Position numbers and translations under genes: made by a program. Shown piece by piece: positions 40,238-52,700 of a DNA stretch of 64,000 nt; position 1 is the first letter of the stretch, and the number at the start of each line of letters is the position of its first letter. Origin of the DNA: Geosiphon pyriformis uo1 (taxonomy: Eukaryota; Fungi; Glomeromycota); contig JAAOMT010000135.1 of the NCBI GenBank assembly GCA_016748015.1, positions 867,085 through 931,084 of the forward strand, written 5' to 3'. A model generated the notes under the pieces. It was not told the DNA's origin, made no database searches, and was given only the letters and a program-made list of their open reading frames with translations.

Positions 40238-43200
40238 GTGCCTCAGATTATAAAAAGTGGCCAAATTATAAAAATGAAGGTTTTAATCCAACTATAGGAT
40301 TCTAAATGCAAATAACAGATTCTTGGTAAAAAAAAATCTAATTTCAATAATGCATCTGCGACACTTTTTGCCTCTTACCTCCAACTGATGATTAATAATA
40401 AAGGCTGTCAATTTGATCCTCCACATACTTGCATAATCACATAAAAGATAGCACAATATTATGTTGTCAAGTTTTCTAAACACAGCAATGTCTATATCAA
40501 TTGGAATATTGATATAAAATACTTTGCACAATATTAGGAATATTAGAGTGAAAGTCAACTGCAGTTTTTTAAAAAATGTTCTGATCATCATAAGTCGTGG
40601 AATTCAATATGTAATATATATAGGCATGCAATGGCTTTTAAATTAATGTGGCCATATGTTGTTTCTAAGGAAAATCTATCTGTTGAAGATTACTTAAAAT
40701 GGGCCCAAAATGAAACAGATCTTATGTTTAAGTTAAAGTATGAACAAGTTTTTTTTATTTACAAGCAATTATTAACTTTTGCACTGGAGTTTGTTTCAAT
40801 AGGTCTTTATTAAGACTTGTGGCTAGACAAATGTTTGCACCAATTTGGTCTGCTTAGTGCCATCTTATTTACCAATTAATTGAAATTGCTGATAAAAAAC
40901 AATGACTACAATTGAAGCCTAAAGTTTGCAAGCTGATTCAAAAAAGAATTGTAATTTCTTAATCTAAACTTTCAAATCAACATCAAGACCATAATGCAAT
41001 ACTTGAAGAAATTAACAAAATGCTCAAATTGTTGATTTCTTCTACACCTTCACAATGGCATTGGAAAATTGCAGCACATAACTGTATCAAATTTGAGAGA
41101 TTGTATACTAATCTCTTTAATGTCATCAGATATTCTAAAAGTAAAATATACAGGTCTCATACATGTCCTAGTTTTATTGTTGAATCAAATTGATTTCGAG
41201 TTCAGATAAAAAAGACACAGTTTGTAAATCCAAATGTCTCTAATCGTGTTTTTCATGATATTGGCCATGAATAGATATTAAGTAAAAAAATGAAAAAATT
41301 CAGTAAAATTGCACAGATGAAAATAATAGACTTTTTTAAAACAAAGTGAATTAAGAAAACATTGTTAGGTACTTGGAAACCAATTTCAGTAACAAATGAA
41401 AAAGCAGATCATCAAAAAATATAAATCTGTTAATAAAATCACAACTATTACCTATTATTAACTTTTTAATACCTCTTTTAAGTGATTATGTTTTCAAAGC
41501 TTATCAAGTTAATTGTATGACAGCCTAATAAATATTTTTTAAGAAGTTAGAAATATATTGTATTGTGTACAGTTTTGTTTATCTTGGATTGAGTATATTA
41601 CCATTTATAATTGGCATTTTTAAAACATAATATGTTGAGTCTAGGTCTGAATTTCTATTCTGCATGATTATGTTTGGATTATAAAAAACATTTAACACAG
41701 ATTTATTTGCCCCAAAAAAGTTGATTTTTAATACATCTTTAAAACTATTAGCCAAACTTTTGCTCACTAATACTAAATATTGGTTGAATGATGAATATAA
41801 TTGCTAGTATGGAGCCTTTTTTTAATCACAGATGCCAAAGTTGGTGTAAAAATATATTTATTGGGTATATATTGGAATCTTCATGCTCTGAGTTTTATTA
41901 CTGGTCACATTTCTCTTCTTAAAGAAAGGTAAATTCGAATTCCATTCCCAATTGATTTACTCGAACAATATCCTATTAACAAACTTGTTCCTGGAAGATC
42001 TCATTGGCCCATTATTCTCGTTTGTAGGTTTGTTAATTCTTTTTCTTAATATGGAAAAAAAGTAATCTCATTAGCCAAAGTTTAATTAAGAGTAACTTTA
42101 TTGATACCTGCAGCAATAGCCTCTAAAGCATTACTAGCTTCTAAAACACCACCAGTCTTCAAAGCATCAAGAGCAACAGTATTGTACCATATGTCAACTA
42201 TTATTAAAACTCTCATAATATTCACAAACAATAAGTCAAATATAATAGTTCTGTCATTGTCTTCTGATGGCAGTAGCAGCTTATAAAGAAGAAAAGTAAT
42301 TGAATATTGTAATATTTCAGAAATTTTGTTTAGTGTTCTACAATCATTTCTAGAAACTTCTCTAATTTTTTTTACTACCATAAAAAGAATAATTTCCATT
42401 GACAAATTGGGAAATCTCCCTAACTGTACATGTCTAATTAAATATAAGATAACATCTGATGTTCATATCTAATATCATATGATTATAGTGTGACTATAAA
42501 AAGTAGAAATTATTTATATTCTGCTATCATATTTGTGGAAATAGGGACTATAAGGAGATATATATAATAAAAGTGACTATAAAAAGATAATATTATATAT
42601 AAATGGTTTTGGTTTTTAAAAAAATATGATTATAAGAAGATAATGACTATAATCAGAGGGACTATAGAGAGAGTTCACTGTACTTTAATGATTTATTATA
42701 TAGTAATATAACTTTAATAATTGCTAATTGGCTAAAATCTGATTAATCAGCCTCTAAAAATTAAAGATTAATAATAAAAGTAGTTAATTTTAAACTTTAA
42801 TAACTTTATAAAATATAATATAATTCAAAAAATTAAACTGTAAATATAAAAGAAAAAAACTTAATCTATTATATTTATGATTTAATTTTTTAATATTATT
42901 AAAATTAGAAGATTAAATATAATTTAAAATTATATAAATTGTTTGATAACTATAAATAATTTATATCATAATTGTTTTATAATTGGTTTTATATTGGTTT
43001 TTTTAAAATTTAAATTAGTGTTATTAATTAAATTTATTATTAAATTTATTCATATTTTGGTTTTTTTAGTTATAAAATTAGTTGTTGCTTTTTTTAAAGA
43101 TTAAAATAAAATTTATTTTTAATTATAATTTTTTATTAATAATAATTTCTAATTTTTGTTTTTATATTAGAATTTGGCTCTAATTTTATTAATATAATAT

Positions 43201-43574
43201 TTATAAAATGTTTTTAAGAAAATATTAGAGATTAATATTTTAATAGTTTAAATAATTATTATTTAACTTTAATTATAAAAGTTTTTTAAATATAATAATT
43301 TAAGTTTTAAAAGATTGTTTTAAAATTAATTTAAAATTTTTTATTATTATCTAAATAAAAAACCAATTAATTACAAAAAAATATAATTAATATAATAAAA
43401 AATAATATAATAATACAAATAATATATAATAATTAATAATAATATAAAATAATTAATAATAATAAAAAATAATTAATAATATTATTAAATAATATAAGAT
43501 AGCATAAACTAATATAAAATAATAATTAATAATAATAATAAAATAACATAAAAAATAACAAAAAATATTAAGTT

Positions 43575-45260
43575 TTAAAATTTATTTTATTTTATTAATT
43601 AATAAATAAGACTTAAATACAATTTAATATAATATATTAGATTAAATAATTTTAACTAAATATAAATTATATGTTTTCTATATGTAATTAGTTATTTAAA
43701 TCATTCAAAACAATATTATATTAAATTTATAAAGAAAAATTTATCTTAAAAAATATTTTATTTATAATAGTAATTAAAATACTATTTTTAATAAAACTAC
43801 TTAACTAAATAGTAGTTGTATTTATATTAAATTTAACAAAACTAAATTAATGTTTTCAAAAAATAATTAACTTAATATAAAATTTATTATCAAGTAAATT
43901 AACTTCACATCTTTTTATAAGATTAGTATTAAATTTATATTTAGTTTTAACAAAAACCATATTTACAAAAAGCTAATTTATAGTCTTATCAAAAATAAAT
44001 ATTTTACTTTAAATAATACAAACCAAAATTTTAAGTTTTATATATAAAACAAAAAAAATGTTTAAAAAAATAATAATTAAAATAATTAAGAAGCCAATAA
44101 ACTTTATAATAGACTTAATCAAAACAACCAAACTTAAGATATAAAAATTTAGAAAATTTAATTTAGACTTAATAACAGAATTAACAGCAAAAACAATTAA
44201 AAAAACAGCAAAAAAAAAATCAAAGAAGCAAAAATTATAGTATAAGTTTTATTATTAATAAAAATAACACAAAAAATCTAAAGTTAATAACAAATTTAAG
44301 AAAATAAAACAAATATAATCATTAATTTAAAAAACCATATTATTGATTTCAAAAACAATATAACTAAAAAAAAATTGACTAATTTAGTTTTAAAAGTATT
44401 ATGTAAAATAATAATTTCTTTTTGGTTGAAAAAAAATCCAAATACTGTTTTTTTTTTTATCAATACAAATTAGCAATTAAAAGCAGTAATAACAAAAAAA
44501 AATTCTTAAAATTAACAATAATATATTGTTATAAGTTAATAGATTTTAATTTTACTAAAATAATAACACTAAAAATACCAAAAGTATTTTTAAATTATTA
44601 AAAAATATGTTAACAAAGATATTATAAAATATAATAAAAAAGGAAAAAAAAGCCAAAAGCCATCACAAAAAATTTAATATCTTAAGTATGATTAAAAAAA
44701 AACTATTAATAAAAACTTTAATAACAGCAATTAAAAAAATCTTAAAAACAAAATTTATATAAAACAATTTAATATTGTTTTTTAAAATAAACTTAAATTC
44801 AATAAAGTTAGACAATATATAAAACAAAAAATTAACTAAAACCAATTTAATCTTAAAAATAATATAAGACATCAAAGTAAAAATTACTTATCCAAAAAAT
44901 CTTTAATAATTAAAAATTGTTTTTCAAATATTATTAAAGACAATATTAAAAAACAAAGAAAAAAAAATTAATTTAGTTTCTATTTAATCAGTTTAATTTT
45001 TAAGATCAGATAACTCAATAAGTTGTTTTGCTTTTAGAACTAGTAATAATTTGCTAAAAAAAATCATATTTGCAATATAACTAATAATTAATCTTAATTT
45101 ATTTTAAGAAACATATTATTATTGTTGTTGTTTACATTAAAAAAAGAACTAATTGCTATTAAAAAGATTTTATCCAAGATTTTATCTAAAATTACAAAAA
45201 AATTTAATGTAAAAATATTATTATTTAAATTAAAAATAATATTATTGTTTATTATTAAAA
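43575..45260 (-). mobile_element. Extremely eroded LINE relic
   Basis: 43590-43720 aligns with the LINE 3' UTR and tail at 60550-60680 and 49760-49880; right boundary uncertain. Confidence 0.45.
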
Positions 45261-45760
45261 TTAATAAAACAAAATTAACGAATTAAGTAAATAAATTAAA
45301 ACTACTTTTTTTAAAAAAAATTATTGCTTTTTTATTTCTATTATTTATTTTAAAATTTGCCCATTATATTAATAATCCAAAGTAATTAAAATTGCAGTAT
45401 TCCCAATATAGTTCATTTTTCCACCAAAAGTATTAAAGTAAAAAAAAACATTTTATGATAAGTAACATTTATACAAAGTTTTTTTATTTTCGGTGTGAAA
45501 TGATTTTGGTCTAAGATAAGCTAAAGACCTGCAGCGAAACATCAACATAATACATAACTCGATTTCAAAACAGCAATCATTAAAACTATGAATCATTTGA
45601 TATTATGTGATCAAATGTTCCAAATAATTATAACTATTTAAAAAATGTTTCAAATAAAATAACAACTATAGTAAAACATTATGGTACGCTCCTTCTCAAG
45701 GACCAGCAATCATAATAAAATACTGTGAAGTCAGTTATTTTTCTTTAATCATCATTTAAC

Positions 45761-47142
45761 TCAACGTCTCGTCGGTGGTGGTGGAGTATTAATCTGACCA
45801 GCGTATACCAATAATCCTTTGATTTGTCGGTAGGCAATTTTAACATAGCGTGGAATCCTCGTTTCAGCAGAAGGCGCCAGAAAAACCTGGTCGAGTCGTT
45901 CACTTACATTTTTGAAGGCAAGTTTGGTAAAAGGATTCATGTGGTAACGGAAGCGGAGGAAGAGTAGGTAAAAGAAGAGGGTGATGAGCCTGATCTTCCA
46001 TCTATAGAAAAAGAAGATTATTAGAATAAATGTTGGAAGGAATCAACACTCTTGAAATAATGAGTAAATGCATGGATTTTAATTAAAGGCTCAGGTAAAA
46101 GTGAATATTTTGAAGAAAACTGAATAAGAATCGTCAAAGGTAAAAGGGTTAATTTCTTTAAGCTCATCCGAGAGGGTCCTTGTACATACGTAATTATATA
46201 GGCAACCAATCCAGATGTAATTATAGCTACTTCAGCAAAGCTGACGGATCGCATCGCTCCCTCATAGTTTTTGAGGACCCAATTCTGGAGTCCTTTTGAT
46301 AAATCAACAAATATCTTTGCATTCCCGGAAACTGGTGCATTTGAATTAATAAGTAAAGGTGCAGCCTCGGGTACAAATGTTGGAATGATATTGGAACGAA
46401 AATAAGTAATTAAGTGGAACAATGAAAAAGTAGCGTAAGGTATTGGTGTAACTATACGAGGAGAAAAAGGTGAAACAAAGTTGTCAAACCTCGTTATGAA
46501 AAAAGATAATTTAAATACTGTTCATCCCAGACTTACCTAGGATTGGGGGATTAAACCACCAGCATACCGCTAGCCCAAGGTAAAAGAGATTTTCATCTGT
46601 GTTCAGACGTTGAAAGTATTCTCGATCAAGTTGGGGTATCTAAAGGTATTGAATGAAAATTTGGCAAATTTAATAATTGCTCCAAATAAAATTATTCTAC
46701 TACACTTATCACCTCTATTTTCTCCAAACGATTTGGTTTTAATTTTGACAGTAAATTCTACCACCATTTTGATTCAAAAACCGAAGCCAAAAATCATAAC
46801 TATTTCCCTAACTTACACCATATAATTTATAGACAACAACGCTATAACTCAGCATAGCCCCAGCATAAATAAGGTAATAAAAAAATGTGGCTTTTGGCGA
46901 GAACACGAACGAATATAGGTAATAGAGAAGGGTGGAAATGGTAACGATGAAGTGCCCGATCCACCAAATGAATTGAGTGTGCTGTGTGGTAGTAGATAAG
47001 TAGGAATTAACATAAAGATTTAAAGCTCTCGAGGGAATTCACTGTTCTGAATTAAGTGTTAAATATTTAAACTCTCGCTTTTGCAAACCTTCACAAGGTT
47101 CTTTATGCGGTCCACCAAAGGCTGGCTTGGAGATGGCGGCAT
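45761..47142 (-). CDS. POM33: TMEM33/Pom33/Tts1 (UPF0121) family ER/nuclear-envelope membrane protein, 274 aa, 5 exons
   Basis: Exons 47089-47142, 46817-46981, 46537-46639, 46190-46451 and 45761-46001, all GT-AG and in frame (825 nt). Motifs QFIWWIGH, GAMLSYSVVVYK, DENLFYLGLAVCW, PYATFSLFHLITY, FLRFRY. Confidence 0.92.
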
Positions 47143-48556
47143 TTTGGTGCTGGATTTAATAAATGAGAAAGTAAAAATATGTCGAAGTTATCAAAAGAAC
47201 TAAGAAACTCGACGATGGTGAAAATGAAAGGTGAAACCAAAAATAATTGAAAAGTCAACACCCTGAACTTATAATTATAATTAATGAAGTATTAGATTGT
47301 TTTTCTAGGTCAATGATTGTGTGGGAAAAGCGAAACTTCAACAGATGATAAGATAAATGATGATTTTAAAAACTTCCTTTCTAGCTTTACCAGAAACCAT
47401 ACGTCATTCATCTAAAATTATTCGCTCATTGTTCTACCATGTTCACAAATAAACAAATCTCCTTACATGTTACTTTTTGTGTCACCAAACAAGATTTATA
47501 AGTGAATTAAAGAATACGTATTGATGATACTGACCGTTTTGGCGTTATACGTTAGATTGAAAAAAACTGCAAATGATGATCGATGAAGCAAGCATCATTT
47601 GTAAATGATGACTTCATGATGGGGATCCTGATTACGATGATGCCAAGGTTCTTGGGACAAAAGAAACTGTCAAATTTTTTGATGACGATTTTTTCAATTG
47701 GCCATGCAAGCATCGAAAAACAAACTCCAAGCATGATTACTTTTATGACCAAATGCTATTGAGACTACCATTGTCTTGTAAAATGGAATAGGCTCAGATG
47801 TCATGGCTAGTGTGTATCAAACATGCGACATACTGCCTAGGTAATCAAATAATTTAGAAATTACCTCTTTATTAAAATGACGGTAATTAACATTATGACA
47901 AAATGAGATTGATTGAGATTCCCGAGGTTTCCTAATTACAGGTATTCAGTAAATTCGATTGGTGATTAGGCGTATACTGTGTTATAATTCTATTGCAAGG
48001 TGGTTTATCGCGTACGTCCCCTATGTATCGTTTCTCGGGAGATGTATCAATTATGCACACATGAAAAATGAATAAAAGTCGTGATTTATGATCTTGAGAA
48101 CTGAAAACTTGTGCGGTTCGAAGAAGCTTCATATATCGAACCCCTTTGTGTATGTATAACGATATTACATTTGGTAGTACCTAAAAAAACGATGGTTAAG
48201 CCATTATATTATAAATGAAGTTAAAATTAAATTAAGAGCTTTTTTCTTTCCTCTAAGATTAATCATAGTTTTATTGATTTTGGCGGAGATTTTTCTTTTC
48301 GTATCAGATAGTACAGCCAGATTTAATCAAAATGTGGATAATAGAAGACTTCAAATTCTAGCAATTTACAGATCTGTCAATATAGGAAATTAATATATTA
48401 CAATATTTAATTCAGCACCGTGTACCTCCAAAGAGTCATCCTCTCGGTTGATTGTGAGCCAATAAGTTATACGTCTCATTTTCCGATGAACCCTTTAATC
48501 GCAACATTTAAAACCGGAGATGGTCCCATCATTTTTTCTCACTCATTGTTTTTCTG

Positions 48557-48694
48557 CAGGACATCGGGGTCCCAATAAAATTAATTATCAATTTGATCAT
48601 CGATATCAAGCAAGAACTTAGGAGATGCGGTATGCAATCATCAGGCCGTTCTCACTGTGAATCCGAAGCAGCTACGGCGAACAGCAATGTCCTG
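48557..48694 (-). ncRNA. Candidate structured RNA (possible Fanzor omegaRNA scaffold)
   Basis: Begins about 30 nt after the Fanzor stop. 10-bp closing stem CAGGACAUUG/CGAUGUCCUG and inner GCUGUUC/GAACGGC; the G-U pairs form only on the minus strand. Confidence 0.35.
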
Positions 48695-48726
48695 AATCTT
48701 CATCTTGATCCCTTAACTCCAGATCA

Positions 48727-49185
48727 TCATAATTGTTCATCATTTTTAGAGTTCATGTGAAGGAATAGACAGCGGATGTCATGGGCAGCATTTATGTCCC
48801 GATTCCAGAGGCTCCAAAAGGAAAGAATGTTAAAAAGAAAGTTTAGGAATTTGTGAATTTATGGCAATGAAATTTACCAAACATGTTCTTGCATATTGAG
48901 CGACCAGATTTGTAACGATTTATCGATCCGTTCATCATATGTTGAACACATAATTCTTGTTCGATACTAATCTACAAGTCGACCTCTTTGCCCCAACTTC
49001 TGGTTTAACTCTCGGTACAAGCCCTTGACTGGTCCTTGAAAGCTATTTGAAAGTCTTCCATCTTCATATGTTACTACTGTTCTTGGATTATCAGTGATCC
49101 GCTCATGCATCTTATTATAGCCCCGAGTGCGACTTCCATCGTAGATGGTGCCAGCGGATAGTTCCGTGAAACGCGAGAAACGCAT
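48727..49185 (-). pseudogene. Fanzor (TnpB-like RuvC nuclease) C-terminal fragment with one intron
   Basis: TVVTYEDGRLSNSFQGPVKGLYREL...RLVD*YRTRIMCS (RuvC-II VDEYRTS..CS with GAG>TAG); GT-AG intron 48812-48877; then in-frame LWNRDINAAHDIRCLFLHMN (RuvC-III). RuvC-I absent. Confidence 0.8.
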
Positions 49186-49408
49186 AATCGTAAGCACATA
49201 AGTTATATCTATTGTCTAATATAATTGTAAAAATCAAAATATGTAATATTGATATGATTTTTGGAATTAAGTTAAAGTTTGCTAATTTATAATAATATGC
49301 TATTATGTATTTGTTTGTTAGTAAAAAACAATATTAGAATTTTTTTATTAACTAAAAAAAATTGTTTCATAATATATTTAAGACCAAATCAATTAATTTT
49401 TTTGATTA

Positions 49409-49570
49409 CAGTAGAACTTGTGATAACTAATCTTCTCATAAGTAATAATTTGTAATAACTAATCTTCTCATAAGTAATAATCTGTAATAACTAATAAATT
49501 AACTAATTTTAAAAACAATTAAATAGTAATAACTAATAATTTTTTATTAAATAATAACTAATAATTTTCA
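49409..49570 (+). mobile_element. Orphan terminus of a pogo/Tigger-like element
   Basis: TA-CAGTAGAACT followed by repeated ATAACTAAT/ATAAGTAAT subterminal motifs; partner end not found. Confidence 0.45.
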
Positions 49571-49744
49571 ATAAAATTTCTTATATATATTTAGTATAGA
49601 AAAGTAAAATTTTATATGACTATATTTAAAATTATTTAACAATTTATATAATTTTTAATATAAGAAAAATTTATTAAAAATTATAATTATATTATATATT
49701 TTATACAAAATTTATTATTATTATTTTTTAATTTATTAAAAACA

Positions 49745-52700
49745 TATTTTTATTTTATTTAATAAGTAAGATTTAAATATTATTTAATATAATACATTAA
49801 ATTAAGTAATTTAAACTAAGTGTAAATTATGTATTTATTATACATAATCAGTTATTTAAGTTAATTAGAATAATACTATATTTTTAAATATACAAAAATT
49901 ATATTTTTAATATTTAAAAAAAATAGATATAATTTGCATATATTAAAACTAATTTTAAAAATCTTAACAATCCTAAGCAGTTTGATTATACTATTAAACA
50001 ACACAGATAATAAGCTAGTAACAACCAATAATATAGTTTTATTATGTAAAATTATATTACTTCTCTTTATAAAAGCTTGGTATTTAAAACAAACATATCA
50101 AATATTGCTTTTATAAGTTATATTAAAACTATACATATAATTTATAATCTTATAATTAGTAATTTTAAAATTCTTAAAAACCAAAAAAAACTTATAGAAT
50201 CAATTTTTAAAAACAAATTTTTTACATAAAACAAAATACACAACAATATTAAATAAGTATAAAAAAAGCAATTAGAATATATATAATAAATATTTGTACA
50301 AATTAAATAATATTTTTTAAATAACTACATAAGTATTTAACAGCTTTTTGTGAGTTTTTACATCTATTTTACAAGAAAAAATGTGGTCTAAAAATTCAAT
50401 TTTCTTATAATACAAACATAAAACATTATAATAATATTTGTTATATAAATAATTATAAACAGTTATAAGCAGTTTATAATACAATATCTTTATAAAATAA
50501 AAATGTGTTTCAGCTATAATTTTGTTTATAAATTTAACTACCATATAAAAATTAGAATGCCAAACCAATAATAATTGAACTTAGTTTATATCTTTAAGCA
50601 ATTACTATTAAAAACTTTAATATTAGATTATATTTCTTAATAAACATAATAAATTGTTTAAAAATTTTTACAAACAAACTGTTTTATATTTTCAAAAACT
50701 GTTTTATTACTAGTTTTAATAAACTATTTACACATTTGAACTGAAAATACCACATTTAAAAATAAGACTGTAATAACCAGAACATTAATTTTTTTATTGT
50801 CTAGAATACCAGAATAATTTTTGACTTTATATTAATCAATATTTAAATTTTTATTTTTAATAATATTTACTATATATTGATATTCAATCTAATAATAATT
50901 TTGAAAATCTGGTAAAATTAAAACCAACTTTAAATAACATGTGTTTGAAATTATTTAACTGTCAAAAATTATTTTAACTACATAAAAAAAAACATATTCT
51001 AAAGCCAGCATAATAGTTTGCAGTTTAACTATTGTAAAAAAACTAACTTAAACATTTTGACCTCCAAATTTTGATTTAAATCTTTAAAAAAAACCATAGT
51101 ATTAGCTTATATATTAGCAGTATTTAAATTGTTTAAAAAACCATTAGTAAAAACAAAAAACAGACCATATTAATATTAATTAATTATCTTAAACTAAATC
51201 AAACTTATATAAATTCAAAACATTTAAAGACTAAAAACCAATATTTAAAAACAATTTATTATAGTAAAAAATTAAGTCATTTAAAAACTAAATAGCTAAT
51301 ATAAACTAATCAGAAACAAAGTCTTTAAAATTCAATCTTTTTTAGTATTTAAAAAATTTTCAATCAAAAATACCACTTTTTTTATTATGTAAATGTTCAA
51401 TAAAAACAATATTAACATTAAAATTCTATCTTAAAATTAAAATGTTAAGTATAAAAGACTATCTAATAATAAATTATAATCACAAAAAATATAAATTACA
51501 CCAACTAAAAAATTATTTACTAGAATAATTTTAAAACAAACTGAAAATCACAAAAAGTAAAAAAAACCAGTTTAAAACTTGTAATTTAAAAAACTTATAA
51601 TTAAACAGCTGGCTTAAAAAACTATAAACATTAAAAAAACTTAACACAAAAGCCAATTTGTATTTAGCTTATACTTATTTAAAAGTTTTTAAATTACATA
51701 AAAAAGAATAATAGATTGTATTACTTAAAAAATTCAAAAACAAATCAGCTTTTAACTTTAAGCTTTTATAAATTAAAGTTTTCTACTTAATATATATATT
51801 ATTGAAAACAAAATTAAACTAAATCTTATAACTAATAATAAAGTAAAGTACTATTAAGACCAAATATAAAAACTGCTTATTAGAAATAGTTTTTTTTAAT
51901 ATTTTGCCAATAAAAAAATTTAAGATTTAAATAAGTTTTTATTAAGCTAGATTTTAATAAATTCTTTGTAAATAGAAAAATACTCAAATATTTATAAAAT
52001 TTTTTTTTTTAGCAACTAAAATAGACAAACTACTAATTAACAAAAAAAATTCATAATTTTATAATTAATTAAAATAGCTATTGTCTTATTATTATTAATT
52101 AAAATATTATTAATTCAAAAAAATTTATTTGTAATATTTAAAATATATTGAATTATAACTTAATTATTGTTTACTTAAATTGTATCATTAACAAATATGC
52201 TAACAATAAAAAAAATATTAAATTTATTTGACTTTTTACATATTTTATTTTAACTATAAATTTGAAATCAACTTTATATTTATATATTTTTTTTTGTTTT
52301 TAACTTTATATAAAAAAAATTATAAAAAATATGTTAGAGAAAAAAAAAGAACATTTTACTTTACTTTAATTTATTTGTATATAATAGTTATTTATAAATT
52401 AAAGTCAATTATAATCTGAATAATTTGGTTATTATAAATGCCACCAAAATATTTAACAAATCTTTTACATATTTTAACTCAAATTAAACTGTTTTTTAAG
52501 AGTTTTTAATTTACTAAATTATATCTTTTAAACATATTCTATAAAATTAATTAAAGTTTATAATTCTTTTTAAAAACATTTTTTATTATTAAACCAATTG
52601 TAAAGATTAAAGATTATATAGTTATCTCTTTCAAAACTAAGAAATTGTTTTTATAAAAAACATCAAACTTACTATAAATCAAAAAAATTTTGTCAGATAA

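Larger units (their letters stand above)
27189..42680 (-). mobile_element. pogo/Tigger copy P2 (27189-29001 and 40238-42680), split by Gypsy G3
   Basis: TA at both ends, the same TIRs as P1, and collinear with P1 in reverse orientation. Confidence 0.94.

Noticed and set aside
47590-47790. Short coding-like stretch (HDGDPDYDDAKVLG..FFNWPCK) on the plus strand
   Set aside because: No start codon, splice structure or recognisable family; too short to support.
48113-48144. GGTTCGA..TCGAACC hairpin resembling a tRNA T-arm or B-box
   Set aside because: No cloverleaf, A-box or Helitron-type CTRR end nearby.
48610-48650. Hammerhead ribozyme (CUGAUGA on the minus strand)
   Set aside because: No GAAA after the putative stem II and no stem III or cleavage triplet.
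48641-48730. Box C/D snoRNA (AUGAUGA..CUGA with a short 18S-like complement)
   Set aside because: Box C overlaps the Fanzor stop codons, there is no terminal stem, and the complement is only about 10 nt with a wobble; chance is likely.
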